A DNA stretch of 63,300 nt, the filler included, from Choristocarpus tenellus KU-1152 (Eukaryota; Protista; Phaeophyceae), in assembly GCA_964200185.2 (NCBI GenBank). It is 13 parts of 13 records of this genome, joined end to end, with 100 filler letters (N's around TTAATTAATTAA, not from the genome) between each part and the next. Parts side by side here need not be neighbours in the genome. Positions count along the whole stretch, not along the records: positions 33,449 to 41,079 come from CAXNAD020005843.1; positions 41,180 to 44,819 come from CAXNAD020018792.1; positions 44,920 to 52,449 come from CAXNAD020006010.1; 10 more parts are not named here. The stretch is one strand, 5' to 3'. The position numbers and the translations under genes were made by a program. Positions 37,701-49,937 of this stretch are shown one piece after another; within the stretch, counting starts at the first letter, position 1; each line of letters begins with the position of its first letter. The notes under the pieces are model-generated. The model saw only the letters and a program-made list of their open reading frames with translations, searched no databases and was not told the origin of the DNA.

Positions 37701-39597
37701 CTCTGACTCCTTCAGCTTCCCCTCCATTGCTGAGATTTCACCTTGGAGATCAATCATCTGTCCACACACACAATATATATATATATATATATATCAGCCC
37801 TAACCCTAACCCTAACCCAATATATATCAAGAAAAGAAAAGGAATTGGAACAAAAAAGGTACTCACCAAATCTAACAAATGAGCTTCAAAAGTAATAATA
37901 ATTTGTACTTACAGTGACAAAAATGAGTATACTTGGAATTGACACAATGTACAACTCTACAGTAGAATGTACTTCAAACAGCATACTGTAGAAAAAAAAA
38001 ATTACAACACAATAATACAATGATACACTCCAAATTCAAAACATACACGACAGGATAATCCACTCAACTTAACATACAGCCTACGATTTTGTTGGATCCA
38101 ATAGATTACCACAAGTATTTTATTGACTACAATCTTTGGCAATTCAAGTATTTTATTGATGACATTTTGACATTTTACAATCATTGGCAATTCAAGTATT
38201 TTATTGATGACAATCATTGGCAATTCAAGTATTTTATTGATGACAACCATTAGCAATTCAAGTATTTTCACAAGTCCACTGATAAAAGCAAAAAACTCAT
38301 TGTAACAGAAGTACTGCACAGGAGGAAATAGTCACAGAGACCTGTTGCACGAGTTGAGCCTTCTCCACATGTGCTGTGTCCAGCTCACTCTCCATTGATG
38401 CAAGCTGAGAGGAGAGATGAGCAACCTGCACAGAACCAGACACATTGAACACATCAAACTGAGACCACCAGTATCATCAACAACGTCAACAAGAGCTAAC
38501 ATAAAGAGTAATCACAAAGTTTTACAGAATTTGGAACCTAAGATTCCTTCCAAAATGGTTTCATACACAACTGCGCCAAAAAAGGAAACAAACGTTTTTG
38601 TGACACCCTAACCCTAATCCCCCCCCCCAAAAAGCATAGTATCATCATCATTCTTCACTCAAGATAGGATGTTTCCAAGGATATGATCAAGAGGTTGACA
38701 ATATGAGGGCCAGCAGTATTACAATTATAAAAACTACGACTATTAAAAAATGGAGTCAAGACCATTGCCATGGACATGTGACATGTGACATACATAGTAA
38801 TACATTCTTGCAGATAGGCAAGTCAACATATCGCACACTCCTTTCTTGTTTGTCCTTCCCACCTGTCAGATGATGTTTAAGCTAAAATGATGTTTAAGCT
38901 AAACACCACTTTAAAACTCACAACTCAAGCGTAAGGGGTTGGGTTGTGCAACTTCTCCCACAGTATCTCACATTTCCAGTAATACCAAGGGTTAGGGGTT
39001 TGAGAGGACTACCAAGTACTGAACATACACTAACTTGCTGTTTCTCCAATTTTGAGACTTGTATGGATTAGGGCTAGGGTACAATTGATGGCGCCCACAA
39101 GGACAAGTCCATTTGACTTAGGGCTAGGGCTTACTCCATGTTGTTAGGGTCAGGGTTAGACTTGAGGTACTCTTTAAAAGCCACCACCCACAGACAGAAC
39201 AGGTTCTCATAGAACACAAATATCAATACCATACCATGCACCAGGTCTAGAGGAGAACTGTAACTACCAACATTAATAACTATGCCATAAAAATTTGTTC
39301 CGAGTGGGTTCTGCAAAGTCACAATAATCAAAGTCACAACAATCGTGGATTATCCACAATTCGTTTCCTTAAAGAGAGTATTGCGTGCCTTAAAAAAAAT
39401 ACCCCCATCCTCACTGCTTCAATTTGAACATATTGCATATTGCATTCAGGGTTAGGGATAGGAAAGGATCAATGCTGAATCCCTCTAACACATACATACC
39501 AATTTATTGTGTCTCCATCACACATAAGCACAACTCATACTGCATGGTTCAAAAATCTCACACACAAACCCCCCCCCACAAACCCAGAAGATCCCAA

Positions 39598-39633
<36 letters not shown>

Positions 39634-40066
39634 GAAATAATGATGATCACAATAAAGAATACAATCCTATAACATAATGCCGTAGCAACAACCCTCTCCC
39701 TCTCTCCCCTTCAAGTCAGTCCATCTCTAACCTCCTCGTCAATTCCAAGCGCAGCCACCTCAATCCTCTCCATCCACTCCTTTTCCTTCTTCTCCAGTGC
39801 CACTGCTGACTGTCTTTCCGCCCAATTGAGCCTCTCCCTCAACAGGGCTGCCTCAGTCTCCGCCTTCCCCTTCCTCGCCTCCCCCTCTGCCAGACTTGCT
39901 TCTGCCCTTAAACCTTCACCCTCCGCCCTTGCCAGGTCTTGCTTCAAGGTTTCCACCCGTAGGTCCAAGCGTTCGTTCTCACCACGTAAGCGTCGCCGGT
40001 CCTCTGACACAACCTTAAGCTCTGAGGTCAGTGTAGCCTCCATTGACTGAAATCGTTGCATTTCAT
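34749..40066 (-). CDS. Internal exons of a long coiled-coil protein gene: 40066-39732, 38425-38342, 37757-37611, 37053-36934, 36578-36426, 34937-34749
   Basis: Six exons with AG acceptors and GT donors (one GC donor) join in frame into a stop-free heptad-rich E/K/R/A/L protein. No family recognised. Confidence 0.85.
34962..35280. repeat. Intronic AC/AT-rich minisatellite (~44-48-bp unit)
   Basis: Repeated catataaacatatatgtacaaatatacatacac... units. Confidence 0.9.
36776..36880. repeat. 31-bp tandem repeat (x3)
   Basis: ctagttcaaggtccaaagtccagttctatct units. Confidence 0.9.
37270..37492. repeat. ~48-bp intronic minisatellite
   Basis: tgtgtacattagtgYtacaatagtgtgtacaatggcgaatacattagtg, about 4 units. 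Confidence 0.9.
38112..38270. repeat. ~33-bp tandem repeat
   Basis: ggcaattcaagtattttattgatgacaatcatt units. Confidence 0.85.
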
Positions 40067-41179
40067 CTGAAAAAGAAAAATGATAGTAAATGCCTCTTTT
40101 TTGTGCAAACCAAAGAACGCCACCCCGATGGTAGCATATGGAAACCCTAGCTTATAGTAATCGAGGCATTATTTATGGCATCAAGACATGCTCTAGTGAA
40201 AAAAAGCAATGTATCACCGTGAAGAGTTAGGTGTAGAGTTTTATTACAGGTAGAGTTAGGGTTTAGTCAGCTCCACCATACAAAAAACAAAGAATTGTTG
40301 ACAATTTATGTGGAATGAATTGTGAGATTTGTAACTGTAACATTTGCGGTTAATATGTAATGTCGTACCACTCTGCCGTCTTCCAATTCAATAGATGCTG
40401 GAAAAGTGGGAAATTTCCAAATTAGTCAGTGGCCTGCCCCCCCCCAAAAAAAGTTTGTAATAAAACAATTAATGTGCAAGATATTCAGATTCCCTCAAAT
40501 TGGCAGTTACACAGAACAGATAAAGGCAAAAAAATGGCTAGACAGGGTACAATAGGTTAAGTATAATGTTGGCCATTTCGAAAAGGGGGCGGGGGGGGNN
40601 NNNNNNNNAAAAAAAAAAAAAAGGAAGAAAAGGGAAGGGGAGGGAAAAGAAAGGAAGAGTGTAGGGGGGGGGGGGGGGGGGGAGGGGGGGGGGGGGGGGA
40701 GTGAATGCTGTATCAGACATGAGTTGGAGCTTGAAATGAAAGCTGAAAGGTATTAATACCTACAAGGATACCACAAGATACTACAAGTAAAGTTAAGGAA
40801 AATCATTCTAAGCCTCGTTAGTCCTTCTTGTGAGTCCAAACTACTACCCACAGTATAGAGGTCTTAAACAAAGAAGAGATAAGCTGTCAATATATACTTA
40901 GGGTTAGGGTATACAACACCTTCTTGCCAAGAGCTACCAATACAGTAATAGTATCAACGTGGTCTTGCTGTGTCTAGCCTTTACCAAACACAAGGACAAC
41001 CATCTATCCCAAGTCGAAATACTCACTAACTCTTTGGAGGGGGGGGGGGGGGGAAGGTGAAGGAAAAAATTTCACTAGGNNNNNNNNNNNNNNNNNNNNN
41101 NNNNNNNNNNNNNNNNNNNNNNNTTAATTAATTAANNNNNNNNNNNNNNNNNNNNNNNNNNNNNNNNNNNNNNNNNNNN

Positions 41180-41294
41180 TTTACCTACACCAAAACATTT
41201 TGCAGTACAAAAATGTCATAAAAAACTCCGAGGGAAGCCAAGCCCCAAATGGACAAACAGGGCAAAACTCGTACCCTCTGAGATACTTTCACTC
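41180..41294 (+). mobile_element. MITE-A 3' half (contig-truncated)
   Basis: Ends TACCCTCTGAGATACTTTCACTC. Confidence 0.85.
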
Positions 41295-41544
41295 ATTATA
41301 GAGTATTGCTAGAGTCAAAGTGTGTGAGATGGGGGTGTTGTAGTTAGTAAGGGGTCTCTGTGACCTTTTCTGACTGGCATCCCTATCCCTCTACATCCTA
41401 TAACCCAATGATAAAACTTCCACACACAGGGTCTATTATTTCCTATCTATAGACTCCTGATAGGGACACCTAAATTTGGGCAATGACAATGGAGTGTCAG
41501 ATGTCACACTATAAGCCCCTTTGTGCTATAATCAACAATAACTT

Positions 41545-43238
41545 CACTGGGCCAGCCAGTCGGTATATCCAATGTCAGTCATATGACTGAGGGCTGGCCC
41601 ACGACCCAGTCATATTCAGACTAAAACTTGATCATATAATAATAAAAAAGTAAGAAATCATAAATAACATCAAGTGATGATGGGTATAGACTAACATAGA
41701 CTTGGTCATATGTTCAAACTTACTTGTACCCAGCAGGCCAGTGGTTTCTACCCTGGTGTCCCATAGTATTGTAGTGGGGGAGTCAGGTGTCCAAATGGGG
41801 TCTGTGTGAACCTGTAGTTGTTTTCATGTCATTTGAGTGAACACGTCATATATTTGAGCCATTTCCTTCTTCGGGATGCAGCTTCCTTTTCCATCCCCCT
41901 GCCTGGACCAAATCTGAAGGAAATTCACCCTCAAAACGGGCATCAAACTGGTGTGTTCTACAATACTCATCAACCTCAAAATGGATGACCAGGGCTAACC
42001 CCCTTCCATCCTCTAGTTTATACTATGGGGTGGTAATGTTGAAGTAGCAATACGATGGGATCAGAAATGTTAGAATATTGTGGCTATGGCAAGTCAGGTC
42101 ATATTTTTTTGATAGTTGGACCAGCTACATCATGGCCATGCCTTCCCGATCACCGTTCACTCTACTTGTATCTTTGTATCTTGTATCTCATTTTATAATA
42201 CTTGTGCTATAAATTCCAACTTCCAAAAACACCAACTGCATCATACAATACGAGGTTCCAACTTCCAAAAACACCAACTGCATCATACAATACGAGGTTG
42301 CTTCTATTTCAATATATAGATTGGTATTTCGTACCATTTTATTTTACTATTTGGATAATAATAATTTATTAGCAGTACTTCATCAAACGTGTAAATGGTA
42401 AGTATCAACACAATTAAGATCATATGCTGAAAACTGTACCCTCCGTAAAAAAAGAAAAAAAAACTGTATTAACTCAATACATTAATATCTCAATTCATGG
42501 ATATCTTCCCACATGCTAATCACAGTGGGGAGTGGTCATCATTGGCTTCTTCACGAAGAGTAGGCCCAGTTGGAAACTTCAACTTCAATGTTAGTAATCC
42601 ATTTACAAAAATTCGACCGGGCAGCGAAATGGAAAGACCTTGTATATGTATGTGGGGTTTGATACCTGGCCTTCCTCGATCGCCATTGTTGTCTTGCACT
42701 AGATGTGCAAATGATCAATGTGTTTCAACTTCTCCTTCTCAGATCATTTGGTGATGTTGTGACAAACTGTTCAACGCAAGCAGTGCACGTTCTTTGATGT
42801 GAAATGGTGGAGAACCGTCTCTGGCACAGAGGGTTAAATAGTTACCGCAGGGACATGTCTCCCGACTTTCTCGTTAACATAAATATGGTACATATGGACG
42901 TCTTTATTTACGATTTCGAACCAAGAAAGCCCAGAGATTATTAGAAAGAGTAGAATACATGTGTACATTTACATGCAACTTAACCTTTGGTATTTTGAAC
43001 ACATCTTACATTTTTCACATTTAGCAGCCAAATGAATTTAACAGTTGGACTAGTGCAAAACAAAGGGGACACGGTTGAGACATGCCAGAAAAAGTTAGAT
43101 TGGCCAAGTACAATACCCAGTGGAAATGGATCGGTTCAATACCTAGTGGACATGAACCGGGACATTTTAGATCATTGTTACATAACATGACACAGTATGA
43201 GTAGGCAGATGGGACCGTTTTAATTTGCTGGCCCAGTG
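41545..43238. mobile_element. Possible ~1.7-kb non-autonomous TIR element (CACTGGGCCAGC termini)
   Basis: Perfect 12-14-bp inverted termini. Subterminal 43070-43165 resembles 14490-14590. No TSD found. Confidence 0.35.
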
Positions 43239-43396
43239 AAATGCCCTAAGTATAGTGGGCAAGATCCACCCTCTCCTGGGATACCCTTGGCCCCTACCTA
43301 TTTCAGACATTATCTAATAGTTATCTCCCAAAGACGCCTCTGTTCTGTCCTCGTCACGACACAGTTCATTCCATTTGCTTCCATTGCTTCCTATAG

Positions 43397-43591
43397 GAGC
43401 GTATGAGGAAGAACATTCAGCTACAGGAGTGGCTCAGGGAGAAGGGAGAGCGAGAGGTGGCAGCCCTGCAGGGAGAGGCTCAAAAACAGCAAGAATTCAA
43501 CAGAGAGCGCCAACGTAGGGATCAAGACTTCCAGCGCCGGGCAGCGAAGCAAAAGGCCAAGCTAAAAAGGTACTATGATGACAGGATTTGA
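43397..43591 (+). CDS. Isolated exon of an unknown coiled-coil protein
   Basis: Polypyrimidine/TAG acceptor followed by ERMRKNIQLQEWLREKGEREVAAL... A possible donor lies at ~43569. Confidence 0.55.
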   Translation, partial: ERMRKNIQLQEWLREKGEREVAALQGEAQKQQEFNRERQRRDQDFQRRAAKQKAKLKRYYDDRI

Positions 43592-44580
43592 ATTGTGACT
43601 AACTGTCTTGGACATGGTAGTGTTTTCCGCTTTTTAAAAGTGTCTAGGAAGGTAGATGGTTGAATTGTTTCCACAGTGAAGTTAAGTTACTGCGGTAACC
43701 ATTGCCTTGGTTAATTCAAGCATGTGCTTTATCAAAGTGCAGTGAAAGGATATTTTTCTGTTCACCTCACGATCATTAATACAATCTAAAACACACCTTA
43801 CTCTTTTTTAATGAATGGTTAAATACTTACGTACAACTCAAGAGCAAAAACATGCTAAGAGATTTGAATCGCATTTTTTTCAGACCTCCACAGGTAGTAT
43901 GTATTATCACTAGTAACACACTATTAGCAGGCTCAAGTATCTGGGGGGGAGTGGCGGCTGTCAATCTGTCACCTTACATTGTTCTTTCATCCTAATGCAT
44001 TTTGTCTTCAATTGCACTCATCTCAAGGGAAAATAGTACAAAAATAGTACAAAAATAGTACAATGACATTGTAGCAAAAACAACAGTAGACCAGTTCTCA
44101 TCGCCCCCAAAGAATTATGTACTCATCAGACTCTTTTTTGCGTGGCTGAACACCAGATCTCATAAGGAGGCACACAAGATGATGCTTAGTGTTAGGAGAT
44201 TCAGCCCGAAGTTTCGTTTGTATTTCTTTCTTGATTCACCCATAAAATAGTAGAATACTACTTGGAAGCATGTGGTGTACTGATTGCATAAAAGAGAGCA
44301 TTCTTTGCTCTCACATCTTTTCTTTTTTAGTAGCGTCAAGAATACATTAGCTCAAATATACTTGTCTAGTTCAAATATACTTGTCTAGAGCACCTTATAC
44401 AGTTAGTCGTCCTGTGTAGACTGCAGAAGGTGGTGATCTCCTGCTTGTCTTGTACAACTATCCAACAAAACTTTTAACAGGTATACGAAAGGTTTTGAGT
44501 TTGAAACGTTTGAATTCTCAGTTTGAAAGGTTTGAATTCTCAACTGCCACAAAACCTGAAACCAGCCCTAGAAGAAAGTT

Positions 44581-44819
44581 GAGTCAAAGTATCTTAGAGG
44601 GTAGAGCCGCGTCCATTTGGGGGCCAAAGTCGAATGTTGCGATTATAATATAATTTTGGCTATCGCTTTTTTGTTTGGAAGTGTCAATATCCATGTTCCT
44701 GACACACCTTTTCCTAACATGCACACTTTACCTACTCCTAAGCATTTTGGAGTAGGAAAATGTCACTAAAGAACTCATGAGAAGCCAAGCCCCAAATGGA
44801 CAAACAAGGCAAAACTCGT
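44581..44819 (+). mobile_element. MITE family A (contig-truncated)
   Basis: Starts GAGTCAAAGTATCTTAGAGGGTA. Confidence 0.9.
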
Positions 44820-44919
44820 NNNNNNNNNNNNNNNNNNNNNNNNNNNNNNNNNNNNNNNNNNNNTTAATTAATTAANNNNNNNNNNNNNNNNNNNNNNNNN
44901 NNNNNNNNNNNNNNNNNNN

Positions 44920-45932
44920 ATACACATTCCCCATTTTTTGGTTGTTGCTTGTCCTGCCTGCTGTTTTTGGCGCGCACACATGCCAAACACCAAGCTTTCC
45001 ATCAAAGCTGTGGGCCGAACCTGGGCGGGTGTTGGCTGCAATGATCGTGGTCTTGGGGATATGACTCTTGTGCTGCACAGTAGGGGACCCTGGAAGGTCG
45101 CTATCATCCTCATGAGGAAATACCCTAACCCTTTCCCCATCAGCCATCACGTAAAACCAGGTTTCATCCACATGGGTAGTGTTCACCATGGAGGCGTACA
45201 CACCACATTTCTGGTCCACTTGATCGCAAACAAAGTCCATTCTCCATTCCTTTTGCCACGATTTAAGCTTGTGTTTGATCCAGCGTCGATTCAGCATGGC
45301 CGCCATATCATCCAACCACCTGTTTATGGTACTCATGCTATCATTCAGCCCCCTGGCAGTCATCTCCACTGTCACCTGACGCACTGTGGATGACCGATTA
45401 TCGGAGTTGATTCTATGTATCGCAGTCACCTTGGTCGGTTTGAGCTCCGAAGGCCGCCTACTACGTGCCACAACCCCTAGGTCAAGTGTGTGGCCATGGG
45501 TGAGCTGATTGGCGATATCCTCCCAGATCTTTTGCATGTAACACTTGGACACTCCAAACTCCACTGCGAGGGTCGGCCCAATGTATCATTACAGTTAATG
45601 CTCACCAGGGACCATCGCGAGGGCGTGCCGCACTGCATGTGCAACCCTGGTATTCAGGGACACTTAGGCACCCTTCCTACGCAGGGGGGTCAACGGGGGG
45701 GTTGCCATGGCGACGTTCTGAACCTCGACGTGCCCAGTTCTTCCCTGAAGATCACCCCAAAAGACCCTACTTTGATGGCTTGAAACACCTCGAGTTTGTA
45801 CCTGATTATCCTCAACCCCAACCTTTTGTGAAAGCTGAGATTGTCAACCCGATTTCATTATGTGGGGTTATCGTTTGCTCCGGCGCCATTCTCCCAGATG
45901 TTTCGCGGCACAAACGTATCTGACAGAGGTAA
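44920..45932 (-). mobile_element. Second plant-type mariner copy (5' half)
   Basis: ORF with HVDETWFY, KSHIPK and FDGKLGVW, paralogous to 21820-22590. TIR ACAGAGGTAA|TA at 45923-45934. Confidence 0.9.
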
Positions 45933-46747
45933 TACTATTTCATGCAAGAGGTGGCGAAGACCACTTGCTCTGATGTGAGAGGATCGAAGATGACATCAAT
46001 GAATCAGAGTTACTTTTCCCCTCACAAAAAAATATCAGAAACAAGTCCTTTAAGAGCTTGGACCAAGCAGCAAACTGGGAAATACTCAATAATTAGGGTT
46101 GTGAAGTCAAAGAATTCATGGGTTGTGTCGATTGACTTGAAGTGATTCGATAAATTTGATTGAACAAAAGCATATGCAAAGTGTACAAGGTGAGGCCGTG
46201 CAAATTGCCTTGCTTCATGAAGTGGGCATGAGGAGACAGACACCAACTACTGTGAGCTATTTGAAAAGTGAGTAACACAATGTGAAGGTCCATGAAAAAA
46301 TATTTGTATCATTGAAGAAAAATATTTGGTCTCGATCATTCTACGCCTAAACAACTCATAACAATTGAATCATTCCAATTCACAATACTAAATGTATGTA
46401 TGCATATATGTTGGTTTGACCCTCCCTTTCTTCCTTGGAATGAACTATTGAGCAAACAAGGCCAATTTAACTATTGGAGTTATATTGTAGATATATTCCA
46501 TTGTAACATCCAAATACTCTCGAAGGTTTGACATATCCTAAAGGGGAATTTCCCACAGAGCACCATTATTGCTACCAATGCCAGATCCCAATACAGCACA
46601 CTATTCAAATTCAACAAATGAAAGTGCTCAAGGTTGCCTTGACTTCCAATCCAATTCCCTTGCCCCTCCCCCCATGAAACAATAAATACAAAGTTCCAAC
46701 CCCAAAAAGGTCAAGTAGTGCCTACTGAGAGTCAGAAAAGTGCACAC

Positions 46748-49247
46748 CTATGGATATAGAATTTATCTCAAGGTAATCTGTGAATGAAAGTATCTTAGAG
46801 GGTACGAGTTTTGCCCTGATTGTCCATTTGGGGCTTGGCTTCCCTTACGGTTTTGATTACATTTTCCTACTCCAAAACATTGTGGAGTAGGTAAGATGTA
46901 TACGCTATGAAAAGGTGTGTCCGGAACAAGGATATTGACACTTCCTAACAAACATGATAGCCAAAATTACATCAAAATCGCAAAATTAGATTTTGGCCCC
47001 CGAATGGACGCGGCTCTACCCTCTAAGATACTTTGACTCCTGTAACAGCATCGACATCCACTGACTCCCAAAATGGTCAGGCATCCTCATTCGTCTCCAC
47101 CTTACGCCAAATGATGGTCAATTTCTTGTGGAGCTTTGCCCTGTCCCTCCCACAGCTGATCTGTGTTTGTTTGCCAATCTCATCCACTGTTCCCCCAGCA
47201 TTGAGGACACTTGAGTGGAGAAGGGGTCGTGGCTGTGGATGCGTGTGTGAGGTGGTGTGGGAGAGGCGATGTGAGAGAGCACTCTTTCCCATTATTGTCT
47301 TATTCTTGAACCCACTCAGTAGTGTGGCAGGCAGGAGGAGGGAAGGAAACATTGCTGCGAGAAAATCTACAAAAAGATACGACTGCTGGCTTGGATTCTT
47401 GCATCTATAACAGAGCAAGGGAAAAACGAGTCTTTCTGCTGTACAGGATGGTGATAGAAAGGGGGGGCACAGCAGCTATAACAGTACTGGGGAACTGGGA
47501 GAATGATATTGGGGACTTGAGACATCAACATTGAGCTAATGTAATTCAGAGTCTACCTCTACACTGGGCACAAGGATAAGTGGAGTAGGGTAAAACAACA
47601 TATGAGACCAACAATTACTGCCAAAGAAACAATCAATTGGATGTGATTTGTGCAGTAGGGAAGGTTTTATTTAACCAACCAGGGATTTCCAGTGGGTCAG
47701 CAGCCTTGCCCTTCTTAAAACATGCCAGGCCTGTTTACACTGTCGGGCACTTGATATGTTCCAGGATGCATTCCATGATGAAGGGCCTCTATCACCGTAG
47801 CATTTCCACTTGTTCCAAGCAGGGAATAGTTGGGTGGATATAGTACTTCATGTGTGTACCGCCATCATAGTCCTTGACGTAGCTTACCCTGTGAGCAAGC
47901 AAGACCAAGAATCCATTGATTGAGCCATGGTAAGGGACGAGTGCATATGGTATGAACTGGTACCGAAAATGAGTATTTCCAAGTTTAAAAGCCGTAGTCA
48001 CACACCTCAATCTAAGCTGACTCCCACAAATAAAAATACCACATCTTTAACACACAGCTATCCATGCCACAGATCAGACTTGCTCAGTATTTGTGAAGTT
48101 GACTATTATTCTGCATCGCTAGATGCAGTGACTCAGTCATTGATATGTCGATTTATCTGTGGATATTTCTAGAGAGCGACCATTGGTGGATGAAATATCA
48201 ATTAACAGATCGGGGATGTGCGCGAAAACTCACATGTCATATGTGCGCTTTCACAACTCGAAATTGCTGGGATTTGAACGATTTATGACATACATGTTCC
48301 TACCCACACTCCCCACACGGTGGTCGCCAATCGATTGACATGTAAATGTCTACGTTTTGGCTATACGACTTCATGCATGGCATTTGATGCATATTATCCT
48401 GTTTGCATGCTAGTTCTCACCAGCGATCTCTTGACATGCTGATAGTGCGACTGAACCCCTTCTTGGCGAAGTTGCCGATGGCGAAATTGTCGGCGTAGGT
48501 ATGGAAATAATAGCTGAAATCTTGGAGCTTCGACCTGCTCCGCAGTGGTCACTGCGCAGAAGACAATCTCGATAACCACCGCGCAGAATAAAATTTCGAC
48601 AAATGATGCTCGTAGAAGGGGCGGTACGTGATGCCGCCGACGGGGACGCCACCTCTGGATAGGACCAGGGATTGGTGCTTGTGGTCGAAGACGAGTCGCA
48701 CGATGTACCCCTTCTACATCTTGGGGATTTGGAGGTGGAAAACCTCCTTGAGGCCGATCAGCATCATAATTTGATCAGGACCTCCGTCATCGGTGATGAA
48801 TCCGACCTTAAGATCATCCTCTGGGCCACTTTTCTCACTGCCCGTGTTTCTAACGCCTACGTTCTCGTGAGTTGCTGGAAAAACGCAGCCTTCGGCAAGG
48901 TTGAGACCAGACTGGGCCATCCCCTGACACACTTGCGGTCTCCACACGAGTACAGGTTGGAGCTCTATTTAGTCGCTGTCTCTTTACTCCTGTGTATTCG
49001 TCTAAACGACCATCTAGCTTCTTGCCATCCAATCTCTGAGGCCTAGCATCGGTCTGTGCAGGACCTTTAAAGAGCACTCATCTAATCTGACTTGAAGTGT
49101 TCAATAGTTCTGAATGTAAGGTCGAGATCAACATCAAGGCCACACCGATTGGACAGCCGATTTGAGCACTGATGATGACGGCATTGCTGAGACAAAGACG
49201 AAAGTACTCTGTTCAACCTTATCCTTGACCTTGAACACGCATGACAT
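46748..49247 (-). pseudogene. GCN5: GCN5-like histone acetyltransferase pseudogene (HAT domain plus start of bromodomain), intron-containing
   Basis: Exon to 48421: [25 protein letters not shown]...[34 protein letters not shown]. Exon 47888-47680: WVSYVKDYDGGTHM...PLEIPG. Exon 47210-46748: VLNAG...EDA*PFWESVDVDAVT[MITE]DYLE. These are collinear with GCN5 motifs but carry stops, frameshifts, a mutated acceptor and a MITE insertion. The start position is tentative. Confidence 0.88.
46782..47039 (-). mobile_element. MITE family A, full length, TSD CTGT, inserted in the GCN5 bromodomain exon
   Basis: CTGT at 46778-46781 and 47040-47043. Removing the MITE and one TSD restores DAVTDYLE. Confidence 0.92.
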
Positions 49248-49339
49248 CGAATGCCGTTTCAATTTGATATAGAAAATGATGTGTGTGAATATGTTCCGGT
49301 TTAGGAATCAATTAAGGAGGTTACGCAAGTTTAATTGGC

Positions 49340-49848
<509 letters not shown>

Positions 49849-49916
49849 AGCACCACGATGCCTTCCTGACCGACGAACCTGGTTCAACCCTCGTGCTGGA
49901 CCTAATCAAAACATCT

Positions 49917-49937
49917 GGTGTTTTCTAAACGCCACCC
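49917..49937 (+). promoter_or_regulatory. Histone 3'-UTR stem-loop
   Basis: GGTGTT-TTCTA-AACGCC followed by ACCC and preceded by CAAAAC, ~70 nt after the stop codon. Confidence 0.65.

Noticed and set aside
44581-45932. MITE-A as the terminus or partner of the mariner
   Set aside because: They are separated by a contig linker, and their TIRs and TSDs are incompatible (4 bp versus TA).
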